Made by a program: the position numbers and the translations under genes. Shown piece after piece: positions 13,455 through 26,207 of a stretch of DNA of 64,000 nucleotides. This DNA is from Eledone cirrhosa (lineage: Eukaryota). Below the pieces are notes generated by a model. That model saw only the letters and a program-made list of their open reading frames with translations, searched no databases and was not told the origin of the DNA. Location of the stretch: assembly GCA_964016885.1 (NCBI GenBank), contig OZ024740.1, positions 225,804,001 to 225,868,000 on the forward strand. Direction: 5' to 3'. How positions within the stretch are numbered: the stretch's first letter is position 1; every line of letters starts with the position of its first letter.

Positions 13455-13812
13455 ATTTTGAGATAATGTTGGTTCTTTACCGACACCTCAGTAAGCAGAT
13501 TGGAGCATTCGACGAAGTACGCAGGTTGGTTTGTTTACTCCGGAGTAATGTAAAATAGTTAAGTCAAATATGTAAAATTTAGCTTCGTTTATTACAAATT
13601 ATAGATATACAGCTATATATTTTCGGTGACAGTCATCATTGGCTGTGACATCTTCAGGCAGTCCGAATTGGTGTGGGAAGGACAGGTACACCAATTCGGA
13701 CTGCCTGAAGAGGTCACAGCCAATGATGGCTGTCACCGAAATATATATAGCAGTATATTTTTATTTTGTAATAAACGAAGCCAAATTTTACATATTTGAC
13801 TTAACTATATTG
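13455..13812. mobile_element. ORF-less head-to-head pLTR element (arms ~13551-13674 and 13688-13810); same family as 60908-61552
   Basis: Inverted arms each carry an HHR motif; (TA)n flanks. Confidence 0.8.
13700..13754 (+). ncRNA. Minimal type I hammerhead ribozyme
   Basis: ACTGC-CTGAAGA-ggtcacagcca[atga]tggctgtcacc-GAAA-TATATA-TA^GCAGT. The mirror copy (~13609-13662) has a 1-nt deletion in helix III. Confidence 0.85.
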
Positions 13813-15165
13813 TATATATATATATATATACAATTGTGTATAAACAAAATCATAATTTCGTATTCCGCTCTGATGTATATAAAAATTACGACTGACGTGT
13901 ATGTACAAAATGGCCGTACTTTAAATAATTTAAATGAAGGAGATTGCTTTGCAATTGCATGATTTTGCATTCACGTCCAACTTCTTCAGTGTGGCACATG
14001 GGTAAATGTCTGCAGCTATAGTTGAAGAGTGTTGAATGCTTTATGAATAAAATTTGTTAAAAGGATATTTTGTAAAGCCAAAGTTACATGTGTGTATATG
14101 TGTACGTGTGAGTGTGCGTGCATGTATATATGTATATGAGTGTCTGTATTTGGGTTTATGTTTATCGTATGTTTATGACACGTAATTTAGTGGTTCTACA
14201 AAAAGATATCGATAAAATAAAAAAAAACGGTTTCAAAACATAAGTAGTGGTGTTAGATATGCCCCAGTATGATTACAGTCTAATAGCCAATAAAATGTTA
14301 AAAGAATATGTTGATGTATAAAACCGCTTTATATAAGGTTATTTTTTAAGTAGAATAAAATTATACTCTTTCATAAGACTGTGGTAAGGAGACGGCCTTT
14401 CTAGAAATATTATAATAATTAGGATTTGCTGATTATTACATATAATAGAACATAGACATGCAAGCTGGGAAATATATGTAATAGCACATAGACATGCAAT
14501 TCTATATAAATTAACTAGGCAGTCTATAGGGAAGTAGCATAGCTAATCAAAAAAGCAACATATAATATATGCGTGCTTGTAAGTATTAATGTATTATATG
14601 TGTGTAAGTATCTAAGTATGAATACATATATATTTATACAAGTTTATACGTACGTATGCACGTACGCACGCGCGCACGTGTGTGTGTGTTTATATATGTA
14701 TGTATATTAAATGAATTAAATGAATAAAAAATGTTCTCTAGGATCGAGACGGAGTGGGAGTGTATTTGAATACAAATAAAACTTTGAAAACTCATCGCTC
14801 GAACAGCCATTAAAACAGCTAAATGCTGTCGAAGACAGCAATGGTCAGAAATACCTCAGAGGATAGAGACTAGCGGCCAGTGGTCAAGAGAGAGACAACC
14901 CACGAGGTGGGTGACAGGCAGATGAGATATAGAAAAGAGTGAAATAGAATGAGGACAAGTATGTTGGCACACAGAATTGACCGGAAGAACGAAATACAGC
15001 AAGGCGGTGTACGAGACGAGTTAACACATATCTTCACCCTGATCAGCTCTCACACCAGTAAAATTGGTTTCGCAAGATTCATTGAGAGTAAAATAAATAA
15101 TTATGTGATAAAATAAATAGCACATTTGCCTCTCTCTCTCTCTCTCCCGCTCTCTCTCTCTCTCC

Positions 15166-15205
<40 letters not shown>

Positions 15206-15224
15206 CTCTCTCTCTCTCTCTCTC

Positions 15225-15301
<77 letters not shown>

Positions 15302-15311
15302 CAAACATCAT

Positions 15312-15485
15312 GGACGCTCTATCTCAAAATTATTTTTGAAAAGCATTAGAAATGCGCAACCGGTAAAACTTAAAACCGAAACTGAATACTAACCAATACA
15401 ATTACTAATTCTCACTTATTCCTAATTAAACTATTTTTTACTGTGAACAATTTGTCAGCATTTTCTATTCCGTTTACCAATATAT
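15312..15485 (+). repeat. Dispersed repeat, also at 51253-51435 (with an inverted terminal copy at 51178-51244)
   Basis: Shared GGAC.CTCTATCTCAAAATTATTTTTGAAAAGCATT...TTCCGTTTACCAATATA, ending in (TA)n. Confidence 0.8.
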
Positions 15486-15489
15486 ATAT

Positions 15490-16700
<1,211 letters not shown>

Positions 16701-16733
16701 TTATATATAAGTACATATATATGAATATATGTA

Positions 16734-16845
<112 letters not shown>

Positions 16846-16856
16846 AATATATATAA

Positions 16857-17997
16857 TCCTACGACCTACACTGCTTCGGGCTCACCACCACTGACATCCA
16901 CTAACTTCTATCCATTCGTCGTCGACAACACCTACTTCGGATTCCTTGACCAAACATACCAACAAACCTCGGGATTGCCCATGGGATCAAGCCTATCAGG
17001 TGTGCTAGCGATCTCTTACATGGACAACCTCGAACGCAAGGCACTCAACGCCTGCCACCCCAACGCCGTACCCTTTTTCTCAAGGTACGTGGACGATATC
17101 CTCATCCTCACATCTTCCCAAGACACGGCGAACAGAATCTATGAGACGTTCAACAACACGGACGAGAACATTGATTTCAGTGTTGAACACCCCAACGAAA
17201 ACGGGTCACTTGCCCTCCTCGACTTCCGAATCAACATCACGGAACAGGGAAGGATCCACTGCAACCTCTACCGAAAGGCAGCCTGCAGGGACCTGTTCGT
17301 TCACTACAAGTCCGCCCTCCCTAACAGTGCCAAAAGAGGATACATCACGAACGAGATCGCGCGAATCAAAAACAGATGCAGCGATCCCGCGAGTGGTGTC
17401 ACTCATACCAAGCGTTTCCTCGAGGTGCTGGAGACGAACGGGTACCCTACCTCGATCACAGACAGAATAGGAGACACCAGACGCAAGAGACAGAGAGGCA
17501 CCCAAGGCAAGTGCTTCCTTAAAATGCCACACCTGGGCGAGAATACCACCAACGCTATCCGCAAGGCTATACGGAGGGAGGGCATCGACATCCACCTGGC
17601 CCACTCGGGCCCCTCCCTGCGAAGATGCCTCTCCAGGAAACCCGTGAAATCTACTGACGCATGCTCCCTCAGAGACTGCCCGATACGCCATGCGAACTGT
17701 TGCCTACGCACATACGTCGTGTATAAGATAGAATGTGACAGGTGCAACCAATACTACATAGGTAACACAATCCGACCTTTGCACATCCGGATCAAGGAAC
17801 ACACTAAAACCAGGGCCTCGTCTTTCCGGAAACACATAGACAAATGCGGAAACAAAGACGGAAGGCCCATTGTCACAATTCTAGCGACTGAAAGAAACGT
17901 CGGCACGTTACGTATCAAGGAAGCGCTTTTTATAAAACGCCTGCAACCGCAAATAAACAACCGATCAGAGAGAAGCGAAATGAGATGGCTGGTTTAA
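16857..17997 (+). CDS. PLE reverse transcriptase (C-half) plus GIY-YIG endonuclease, 5' partial
   Basis: [61 protein letters not shown]. The listed ORF start at 16729 is microsatellite read-through. Confidence 0.9.
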
Positions 17998-18692
17998 GCT
18001 AACAAACGATGCAGTAACACACGCGCACACACACACATAAACGAGACAACTACACACACACACGCACACACACGCACACACACACAGTAGCATTCCACCA
18101 TACGAACATACTACACTGCCAATACAGATGAACAAGGCAACAACACACACACACACACACACTCAAGCGAGACAACTACACACGCACACACACACACAGT
18201 AACATTTAACAAACAGGCAGAGAATGGACTGCTGACAGCTAGCGCCACCCCACTCCCTCATTCTGCCGCTGACCTCTGCCCGACCGACCCCATTTCAGGC
18301 GCAGGCGCGCTCTGCCGAATACCTCAGATGTTCAAAACAACAAACAGCGGAGGACGCGTTTTGCATTTGTCCGACAGACAACCTTTCCCCCACCCCGGAA
18401 AAAACCCCAGTTGATGGATGTGAATCCGAAATATATAGGGACTATTAAATCTCTCCCAAGGTAACTCTCTCTCGTGTTGTTATTTTATTTTATCCTTTAT
18501 ACTCTTTCCTTCATTCTTCTACACATCTCATACACACCACGCATCTCAACATACACCCACTTACATCTCTCTCTCCACCACCGGATCTTGTTACCCGGAG
18601 ATTTACCCATTTGCATTGTCGAGGCTTCCAAACGACTTAAAGATATTTACTTATTATTCCACAATGCTTCAAGTAAACTTCAATACTCTCTT
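16857..18692 (+). mobile_element. 5'-truncated Penelope-like element with 3' UTR / pLTR, inserted in (TA)n
   Basis: Uninterrupted ORF to 17997 followed by ~700 bp of UTR with an HHR-like motif at 18405-18441. Confidence 0.93.
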
Positions 18693-18968
18693 AAATATAT
18701 ATATATATATATAAGTACATATATATGAATATATTTATATATATATATGTATATATATATTTGTATATATGTATATATATATATATTTGTATATATGTAT
18801 ATATATATATGTGTATATATATATATGTATATATATATTTGTATATATACGTCTATGTGTATATATGTGTATATATATGTGTGTGTGTATATATGTGTGT
18901 ATGTAAATATGTGTATATATGTGAGTATATATGTAGATTTATATACGTGTATATATGTGTATATTTGA

Positions 18969-19028
<60 letters not shown>

Positions 19029-19042
19029 CGGATATATATATG

Positions 19043-19080
<38 letters not shown>

Positions 19081-19084
19081 CTCA

Positions 19085-20260
19085 AAGAAATTGATGAAAG
19101 GGAAGCAAGCCATTAAAATATATTTATAAGAAGCTCTTACACATGTTACGTCCAAGTTGGGCTCTTCAGAGGCTTACAAGAAAATAAAGGATTTAATGAA
19201 GAACCCTGAATGGGTATGAGTACGATTTTAACATCGAAATTCATATCTTGATGTTAAAAAGTTAAATGTTTATGTTTGTGAACAATGGGAAGTAATTCCG
19301 GTGCTATTTGGATTTATCTGCTAAATTACAGTCCATTATTACAAAATATTTATTTATTCCCCTACTTCTAGTTACTACGTGCTAATTTAATAATGCTTTG
19401 TCAAGCCAATTTAATGAGACACATTTAAGGTATCAATGTGAGTGTTCAATAAGATTAAGGTCAATGAAGCTTATGCACCGGTTTAAATTAGTATACAGCT
19501 GCAATTTCAACATAGGTTTAAAATCCCAGAAATGTAGAGGCATAAATGTTAGGCCCTGCACGGTTATATGATTATACGTCCACGGTGTTTAAATGGTACA
19601 ATCATCGATTCTGCAGAGATACTCAAGATTTATTCCGTTAGTGTGGAGGAATACGACGAAGTAATCAGGCCTGAACATATGTAGTGTAACACCCTTGAGG
19701 GATGATGGGGGCTGGATAATAGTATTGTTCACAGATGTTTAATTTTCAGCCCACCGTTTTAAGACATGCCAAGGCGCGGTGTAAAAGGCCCTGGTGTTAT
19801 GGTGTTTGAGTATTATCCGGGGTCCATCTATAGAACGACTGTTGTAGTCTATGGCCGCAATTGATGACGGTTTCGGCTCTACTGTTGATGAGATCCGGGG
19901 GTGCTTTCACTATATAGTAGAGCTCCATAAGACAGAGCTGATAGTTTTTCTTGAAGTTGTAGGGTGTTGCCTGTTTGACAATTTCCCAATAAGTGGAGAA
20001 GCTAATGCTAGCGTTGTTTAATTGGGTGATGTAATTGGTGAGGGATGTAGAGTACCTTAGCTTCCTATTCCTAAAAGAGTGGAGATGCGCTCGAAATCTA
20101 GTCTTGAACGACCCAGAAGTGGCCCTTAAGTAATATTTGACACTATTATGTCTAGTAACAGTGCATCAATATATAACATTTTAGTTAGGCATTGGCCCGG
20201 GAGCGGACAGTTAGCAGGCTGACAACAGTTGCAGTGCTTACTACGATACCCTCAAAGTGG
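19085..20260 (-). mobile_element. PLE 3' fragment: decayed GIY-YIG (~19810-20250) plus 3' UTR
   Basis: Minus-strand translation HCNCCQPANCPLPGQCL..Y*CTV..YYLRATSGSFKTRFRAHLHSFRN..YWEIV..CLMELYYI..LINSRAE. Confidence 0.8.
19131..19175 (-). ncRNA. Degenerate hammerhead (GAAA changed to GTAA) at the PLE 3' end
   Basis: AAGCCT-CTGAAGA-gcccaacttggac-GTAA-CATGTG-TA^AGAGCTT. Confidence 0.65.
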
Positions 20261-20301
20261 CGGTTGTTAGTACCCAACGCAATAATATTATTATTATTAT
20301 T

Positions 20302-20486
20302 ATGGATTGGCAGTATCGGTAGAGGGTCGGACGCCATGCTTTGATGCATAGAGTTACGGCCCTTGCTATTCTGAGTTCAAATCCCGCCGAGGTTAACTTT
20401 GCCTTTCATCCTTACGGAGTCGATAAAATAAAGTACCAGTAATGTACTGGGTAATTTCTGGCCTTGTGCCAATAGTAGAAACAATT
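20302..20486 (+). mobile_element. Family A SINE inserted in a (TAT)n tract
   Basis: A-box, B-box, Meta core and tail all present. Confidence 0.88.
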
Positions 20487-21912
20487 ATTATTATTGTTCT
20501 TTGAGTCACAGTCATTGATGTTATTTAACTGGAATGTTTGTTGAAACGATATCAAGCCGCTACCTGCAGCCTCAGATATTCAGGACGTATCGGAGGGTTC
20601 TTGCTATTCCCAGCAAGTATGCCTTTGAAGTGTTCCAAAATGCGGGGCTGGACTAACTTTCTTTAACCATCCTTGGAAACTCTTTAAGATAGTACCTAGT
20701 GCGCCGATGACAATCGGGACCACTCTGACTTCATGGGAGTTCCAAATCCTTTTTACCTCCCATTTTAAGTCCTGGTATCGGTTAATTTTCTTCCTCTCCT
20801 TTTCTTGCACTCTCGTGTCAAATGGGCAGGCTACATCTACAATCAGGCACAATCTTTTTTCCTTGTCCAAAACGACCAGGTCAGGTCTATTGTGTTCCAG
20901 GTCCGTCTGTATCCTAAAATCCCATAGCACCATCACCTGATCGTTTTCTATCACCGACTCTGGCTTATGCTCATACCACTTCTCAGAATGTGGTAAATTG
21001 TTTACTTTGCATAGGTGCCAGTGTATCACCCTGCCCATCACATCATGTCTCAAGCCTTTATAGTCAGTCTGGGCTAGGTGTTTACACTCGGATACAATGT
21101 GAGCCACAGTCTCCTCTCTCTCTCCACAGATCCTACACAGTGGGCTAGCCTCCACCTTGTAAATATGGTGTTTCACCCACTTCGTTTTGAGTGCTTGCTC
21201 TTGCGCAGCCATTAGCATTCCTTCTGTACCCTTTTTAAGGTCTCCTCTTTTTAACCAGTTCCATGTCTGTGGATCTCTAAATTCAGTTTTCTCAAAGAAG
21301 GTACTATGAAGGGATTTTTCATGAAGGTTGGTCTTCCTCCTTGTTGTTATTTCCTTCCTGGACATGCCCTGGTCTATTGTTCTCTCCTTCAGTTCAATTC
21401 TGAACATTGGCTCCCTACTGTCGGTCACGTATTTGTGCAGGTTGTTTTTCTCCATCTGAACAGAGTCCTCTATGCTGATAAGACGTCTTCCACCTTCAGA
21501 TCTCTTTAAGTAGAGTCTATCGACATCACTCCTCTTGTGGAACATGTTGTAGATAGTCAATAGCTTCCTAGTCTTCCTATCCATTTCTTTTTGTTCAGCA
21601 ACATTCCATTTCAGAATTCCAGCACTGTACCTAATAATAGACACAGCTCGGGAATCCACTGCACTTATGACATTCCTACTATTTAGATGTGATTTTAATA
21701 CGCTCCTTACTCCCCTAATGTACGAGATCTTATCAATTCCATCATTTTTTTGTTCTTGATGTTATCTGCCTCCAGAACACCTAAATATCTGTATACTTCT
21801 TCAATGTCAATTTCCTTTATCGTCTCACCTGTAGGTACCTGGATTCCGTTACTTCTGCTCAATTTACCCCTCTTCATCACTAGAACTCCACACTTATTAA
21901 TACCAAATTGCA
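20487..21912 (-). mobile_element. 5'-truncated R4/Dong-like LINE (RT C-terminus, CCHC knuckle, restriction-like endonuclease)
   Basis: YRYLG, RLYLKRSEGGR, CRICGEREETVAHIVSEC, RHD, RPDLVV...IVDVACP, KINRY. 3' end runs into (AAT)n. Confidence 0.9.
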
Positions 21913-21923
21913 TAAATATATAT

Positions 21924-22024
<101 letters not shown>

Positions 22025-24060
22025 TTACTGGTATTTTACACACGCACACATCTCCACCAAAATCAAAAATATATTGCCAGCTTTTTGTAGACAGTATCAG
22101 AAATATATGTGCAAAACACACCCCACAAAGAGCTTTGAAAAAACTAAGTGCAGAATCCCCCAAAACATGGTCGGCTGGTCGTTTGACAGCTAATAACAGT
22201 GGAGTGGTGTGAAGCTAGTACATTAAGACGCGGGTGGTTTTTACTGAATTCTGAGATTGTTGGATCGAATCATGCCGGTTGTGGTTTGAAATTAGAGAAC
22301 TTCGAGGCTGATGTGTGCCTACAGTAAATTGTTCGCTCTATTTTGTTGTTAAGCAGCATTTTGTCATACTTTAAAATATGGAGCAGCTCCATATTGCATA
22401 GTCCGCAGTGGGACAATCTACTTTTGTAGGCCCTTGCACTCGATAACTTCGACCAGCTAATCTCATATTCCTGGTTGATGTTCCTAAGCTGCCACATCTT
22501 ATTTGCCAGCGTCGTTGTATTTTCCAGTCTACGGTTTTCTATAGAATGCCTATGCACATACCGTCTTTTTTTTAAAGCACCAGCTGTAGAACCTATGTAG
22601 TGCCATGATAGGTTGCCACAGGTACACTATAATTGATTCTAGGCATCTATTTTGTAGTGAGCATTTATCCGGCAGGTGGCAGTTACATTTGGAGGCCCTC
22701 TTGTGTGCAGGTTCTCCGTTGCGGTTTTGTATGTTGTTAGGGATGTGCTGAGATTTAGGTTTATTGATGTTTTGTTGCGATGTGCGCTGACGTGTGGGTG
22801 GTTGTGATGTTGTTATGTGTTTGCGTTTTGTATTTGGTGCTATGGTGTATGTTGGTAGATCACTTTCCTTGGAGATTCTTTTATAGTTGATTTTATGTAT
22901 ATGTGATTCTATGCTGGCTGCAGTATTGTAAGGGAGTTTGATAGTTCTTCTATTAAAGATTCTATGGTATTTTTGTAGTTTAGAGAAGTGTTTGTCGATT
23001 AGCTTAAAGAATATAGAAGGTAGTTTTCTTTTTATAGAAGAGTTGAAGATTGGATTGAACCATAAATATTTCCTATGTCTGGATTTTCTGGAGTTTCTAT
23101 GGGTCCATATACTATACTAGTGTTCGGTTCGGCTATCTCTCGTGCTCTTTGCCTATTTCCATGTTTAGTTCTATATTTGCTATCCCTATAGGTGCGGGTA
23201 GTGTAGTTGTCGTTAGGTTTGTAGTTGATGTCAGCTATGTATGTGAGCCCCTTCTTGTGGCCTATCTTATGTAAAGCTATTATACTAGTTTGCGTGTTCA
23301 TTCAAAATCGCTAAATTATAAGATAAGGGGATATTCTGAGGGATATACTATGTGCTATCCAGCTAATTATGGAGCGAGGGTGGTTTGAGTTATAACTAAT
23401 GTAGGATAGATTCTCGTTATTTTAATGGAAAGGCTCTACTAGTCCTGTGTTTAGGTTGAGTGTTACATCTAAGAAGTTTGCTTTTTTAGAATTAAGTTCG
23501 AAAGTGATACCTAGGCCTAGCCTATTGAAGAAACTATAATGTTTTTCTGTAATCTTTCCATGTTTTGATTATTTAAGTTTTTAGCTAAAAGGAGCGTGTC
23601 GTCTCTATAAATTCCTCCTTGGAGGTTACTAAATTCCTTATGTAAGTTATGCGCTATATATATATTCCAACTATATCTGTTACTTGTGCTAAGTCGCTAG
23701 ATCCCATTGTAATATCGAAGATATTCTGTCTGTTTTTTCGTTCCCAGTAACTAGTTTCGAATCTAATGATAGTTCTCCTAGCAGCTAGTATTATTCTAAT
23801 TTTATCAGAGGTTAGGTCTGAATTTTTCCGGGCAAAGTCGAGCGCTTTATTTAGGGTGACTGGAGAGATGGATGAGTAGTAGTCATTGATATCGAACTGT
23901 ATGAAGTTGGATTCTTCCCTACCGTCTATTTTGTTAAATCAATCTATTGCTTCATTAGTGTTACCCCAAAGCTTAATTTCTAGTTTGTACTTGATCTGTG
24001 CTATTACTCTATCTAGTATATACTTGCTAATTCTACCTATATCTCACTTCGATGGGCATC
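22025..24060 (-). mobile_element. Decayed 5'-truncated Penelope-like element (YRDD-type RT plus GIY-YIG)
   Basis: Minus-strand fragments FIQFDINDYYSSI, FDITMGSSD, GGIYRDD, CNCHLPDKC, HYIGST, CGLCNMEL..LLNNKIE. Confidence 0.88.
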
Positions 24061-24069
24061 TTATATATA

Positions 24070-24480
24070 TATAAATGGAAAAGAATGAAACGAAATTTCA
24101 TTTCTCACTCTTAGTACGGCTGGTACTTAAATGTAAGTATGTATGTATACGTACATATATGTATACAGACGTACAGTAGTATGTATATATATATACATAC
24201 ATGCACACATATATATATATGTACGTGTGGGTTTACCGAACATTTATTATAATGCTCGGTTGGTTTGTAAACAAACAGCCCGAATTATACCGTACAGTGT
24301 TCAGGCAACCATTGTCACCATTTTGTTCAACACTGACACAGGAACGATGTACTAGTTTCAAGCAATTAACTATCGTCAGCATCGTATATATATATAAGAC
24401 CTTCTTCCTGCTATATCAAGCGTTAACCTAATATATCTCTTCCATATACTGTACAGATTGTGTTGTTATTTCTGTTTACC
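24070..24480 (-). mobile_element. pLTR-like repeat; its terminal ~100 bp recurs inverted at 25985-26045 and 41940-42105
   Basis: Shared GCCGTACTAAGAGTG.GAAA...ATTTTTTCC.TTTATATA; contains an HHR. Confidence 0.65.
24344..24385 (-). ncRNA. Minimal type I hammerhead ribozyme
   Basis: ACGATG-CTGACGA-tagttaattgctt-GAAA-CTAG-TA^CATCGT; perfect 6-bp helix I and ACTAGT palindrome. Confidence 0.8.
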
Positions 24481-24486
24481 TTTTAC

Positions 24487-24574
<88 letters not shown>

Positions 24575-24780
24575 TGTGTGTGTGTGTATGTATGTATGTA
24601 TGTATGTATGTATGTGCATGTATATATGTATATATAGGATGAGAAATTTTACAAAGTCAGTCATTGTCCCATGAAATAGCATGCCTTGTGGTAATTGTTC
24701 CAGCGTTCCACTGTTGGATGTCAAATTCAATTGAGGTTTGCTTTCAGTGTTAGTAGAGTTCAATAAAGTACCAATCAAAT

Positions 24781-24966
24781 AATTGTTTCTACTTTAGGCA
24801 CAAGGCCAGCAATTACCCAGTGCATTACTGGTACTATATGTTATCGACCCCGTAAGGATGAAAGGCAAAGTCAACCTCGGCGGGATTTGAACTCAGATCG
24901 TAAAGGGACGTAACTATGCTGGAAAGCATGGCGTCCGACCCTCTACCGATACTGCCAATCCACCGC
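24781..24966 (-). mobile_element. Family A SINE
   Basis: Near-identical to the 40094 copy. Confidence 0.9.
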
Positions 24967-24967
24967 T

Positions 24968-25052
24968 TATGTAGACGGGTAGTTAGCGACTCGGCTTACT
25001 AACATTAGCATCACGACGTTACATGGGTTCGAACCCTGCCGGCGCCTCAATT
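24968..25052 (+). mobile_element. Degenerate tRNA-derived SINE head
   Basis: TAGTTAGCGACTCGG...GGGTTCGAACCC (B-box); no convincing cloverleaf. Confidence 0.45.
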
Positions 25053-25919
25053 TTTCAAATAGAGTTATCCCCCATGGTTCTTTAGAGTTTCATTGCTTAC
25101 TGGAAAGATGGCGCGGCGATCATCTTTTTACGATGAGTAGTAAGAGACAATAATACATGGAAGGAGGAGAAATAGAGAGAGAAATTATACATATTCATTC
25201 TCTTTACAAAACATGAGCTTGTGTGAGTATAATTAAAAACAACATTTATAAAAAAAAATACAAAAGGGTCTTTATAAAAAAAAAAATTCATTGTGCAATT
25301 GAAAGCCATCAAATAATGAGGTTGATTTTTCTGTCTCATCTCTCACTCAAAATTTTCTGTGGCACTCTCAGAAGATTTGTTGGTGACCACTCATAACATT
25401 ATTTAATGCAAACTTGGAGAAGGCTAAACCATTTTGATATCAGTTTAGCTGTACTATTTCATAAAACTACCATTTGTATCGTTTTGATAATTGTATTAAA
25501 ATCTTTCATCATTTTAAATACGTCATTTCATAAAGTAATGCTCCAAACATCAGCTTAATAACGCATAATCCAGTTAGTTTTTAAATTCCTCCAAATGCTT
25601 CATTATTTTCAAAAGATAACAGGCAGCGTATTTCATTAGAAACATGGTATCATAAGGGTTAAGTGAGGGTCTAGCAACTTCTTCTAATAGACTAATTGAT
25701 ATACTATTGAAACTACAATATCGACCAAGAAAGTATCATAATATTAATAATAAATATTATAATTTTAACAGAAATAGTATTATACTGTAAATGACGTTAA
25801 CCACATAAATTACCTTGTATTTTGGTTATCGTTTCATGCTCTATTTATACTTGATCTTAGAATTAAAGTTAGTTTTCAGCATTTTATATAACATTATGTA
25901 TATGTCTACACACACATTC

Positions 25920-25989
<70 letters not shown>

Positions 25990-26049
25990 GTAAGTATGTA
26001 TCAGCCGTACTAAGAGTGAGAAAATAAATTTCATTTTTTCCATTTATAT

Positions 26050-26172
26050 ATATAATGTTCGTCTCCGAACATATGTGTATTTACATGTAGGTATGTGTGT
26101 GCGCTTGTTATATACCTATTTATTTATTCATATACGTTTATTTAATTATATGTATACACGCACACACACACT

Positions 26173-26207
<35 letters not shown>

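Noticed and set aside
14732-15026. Possible solo LTR (TGTT...AACA)
   Set aside because: Poly(A) signal is in the wrong place, no TSD and no second copy.
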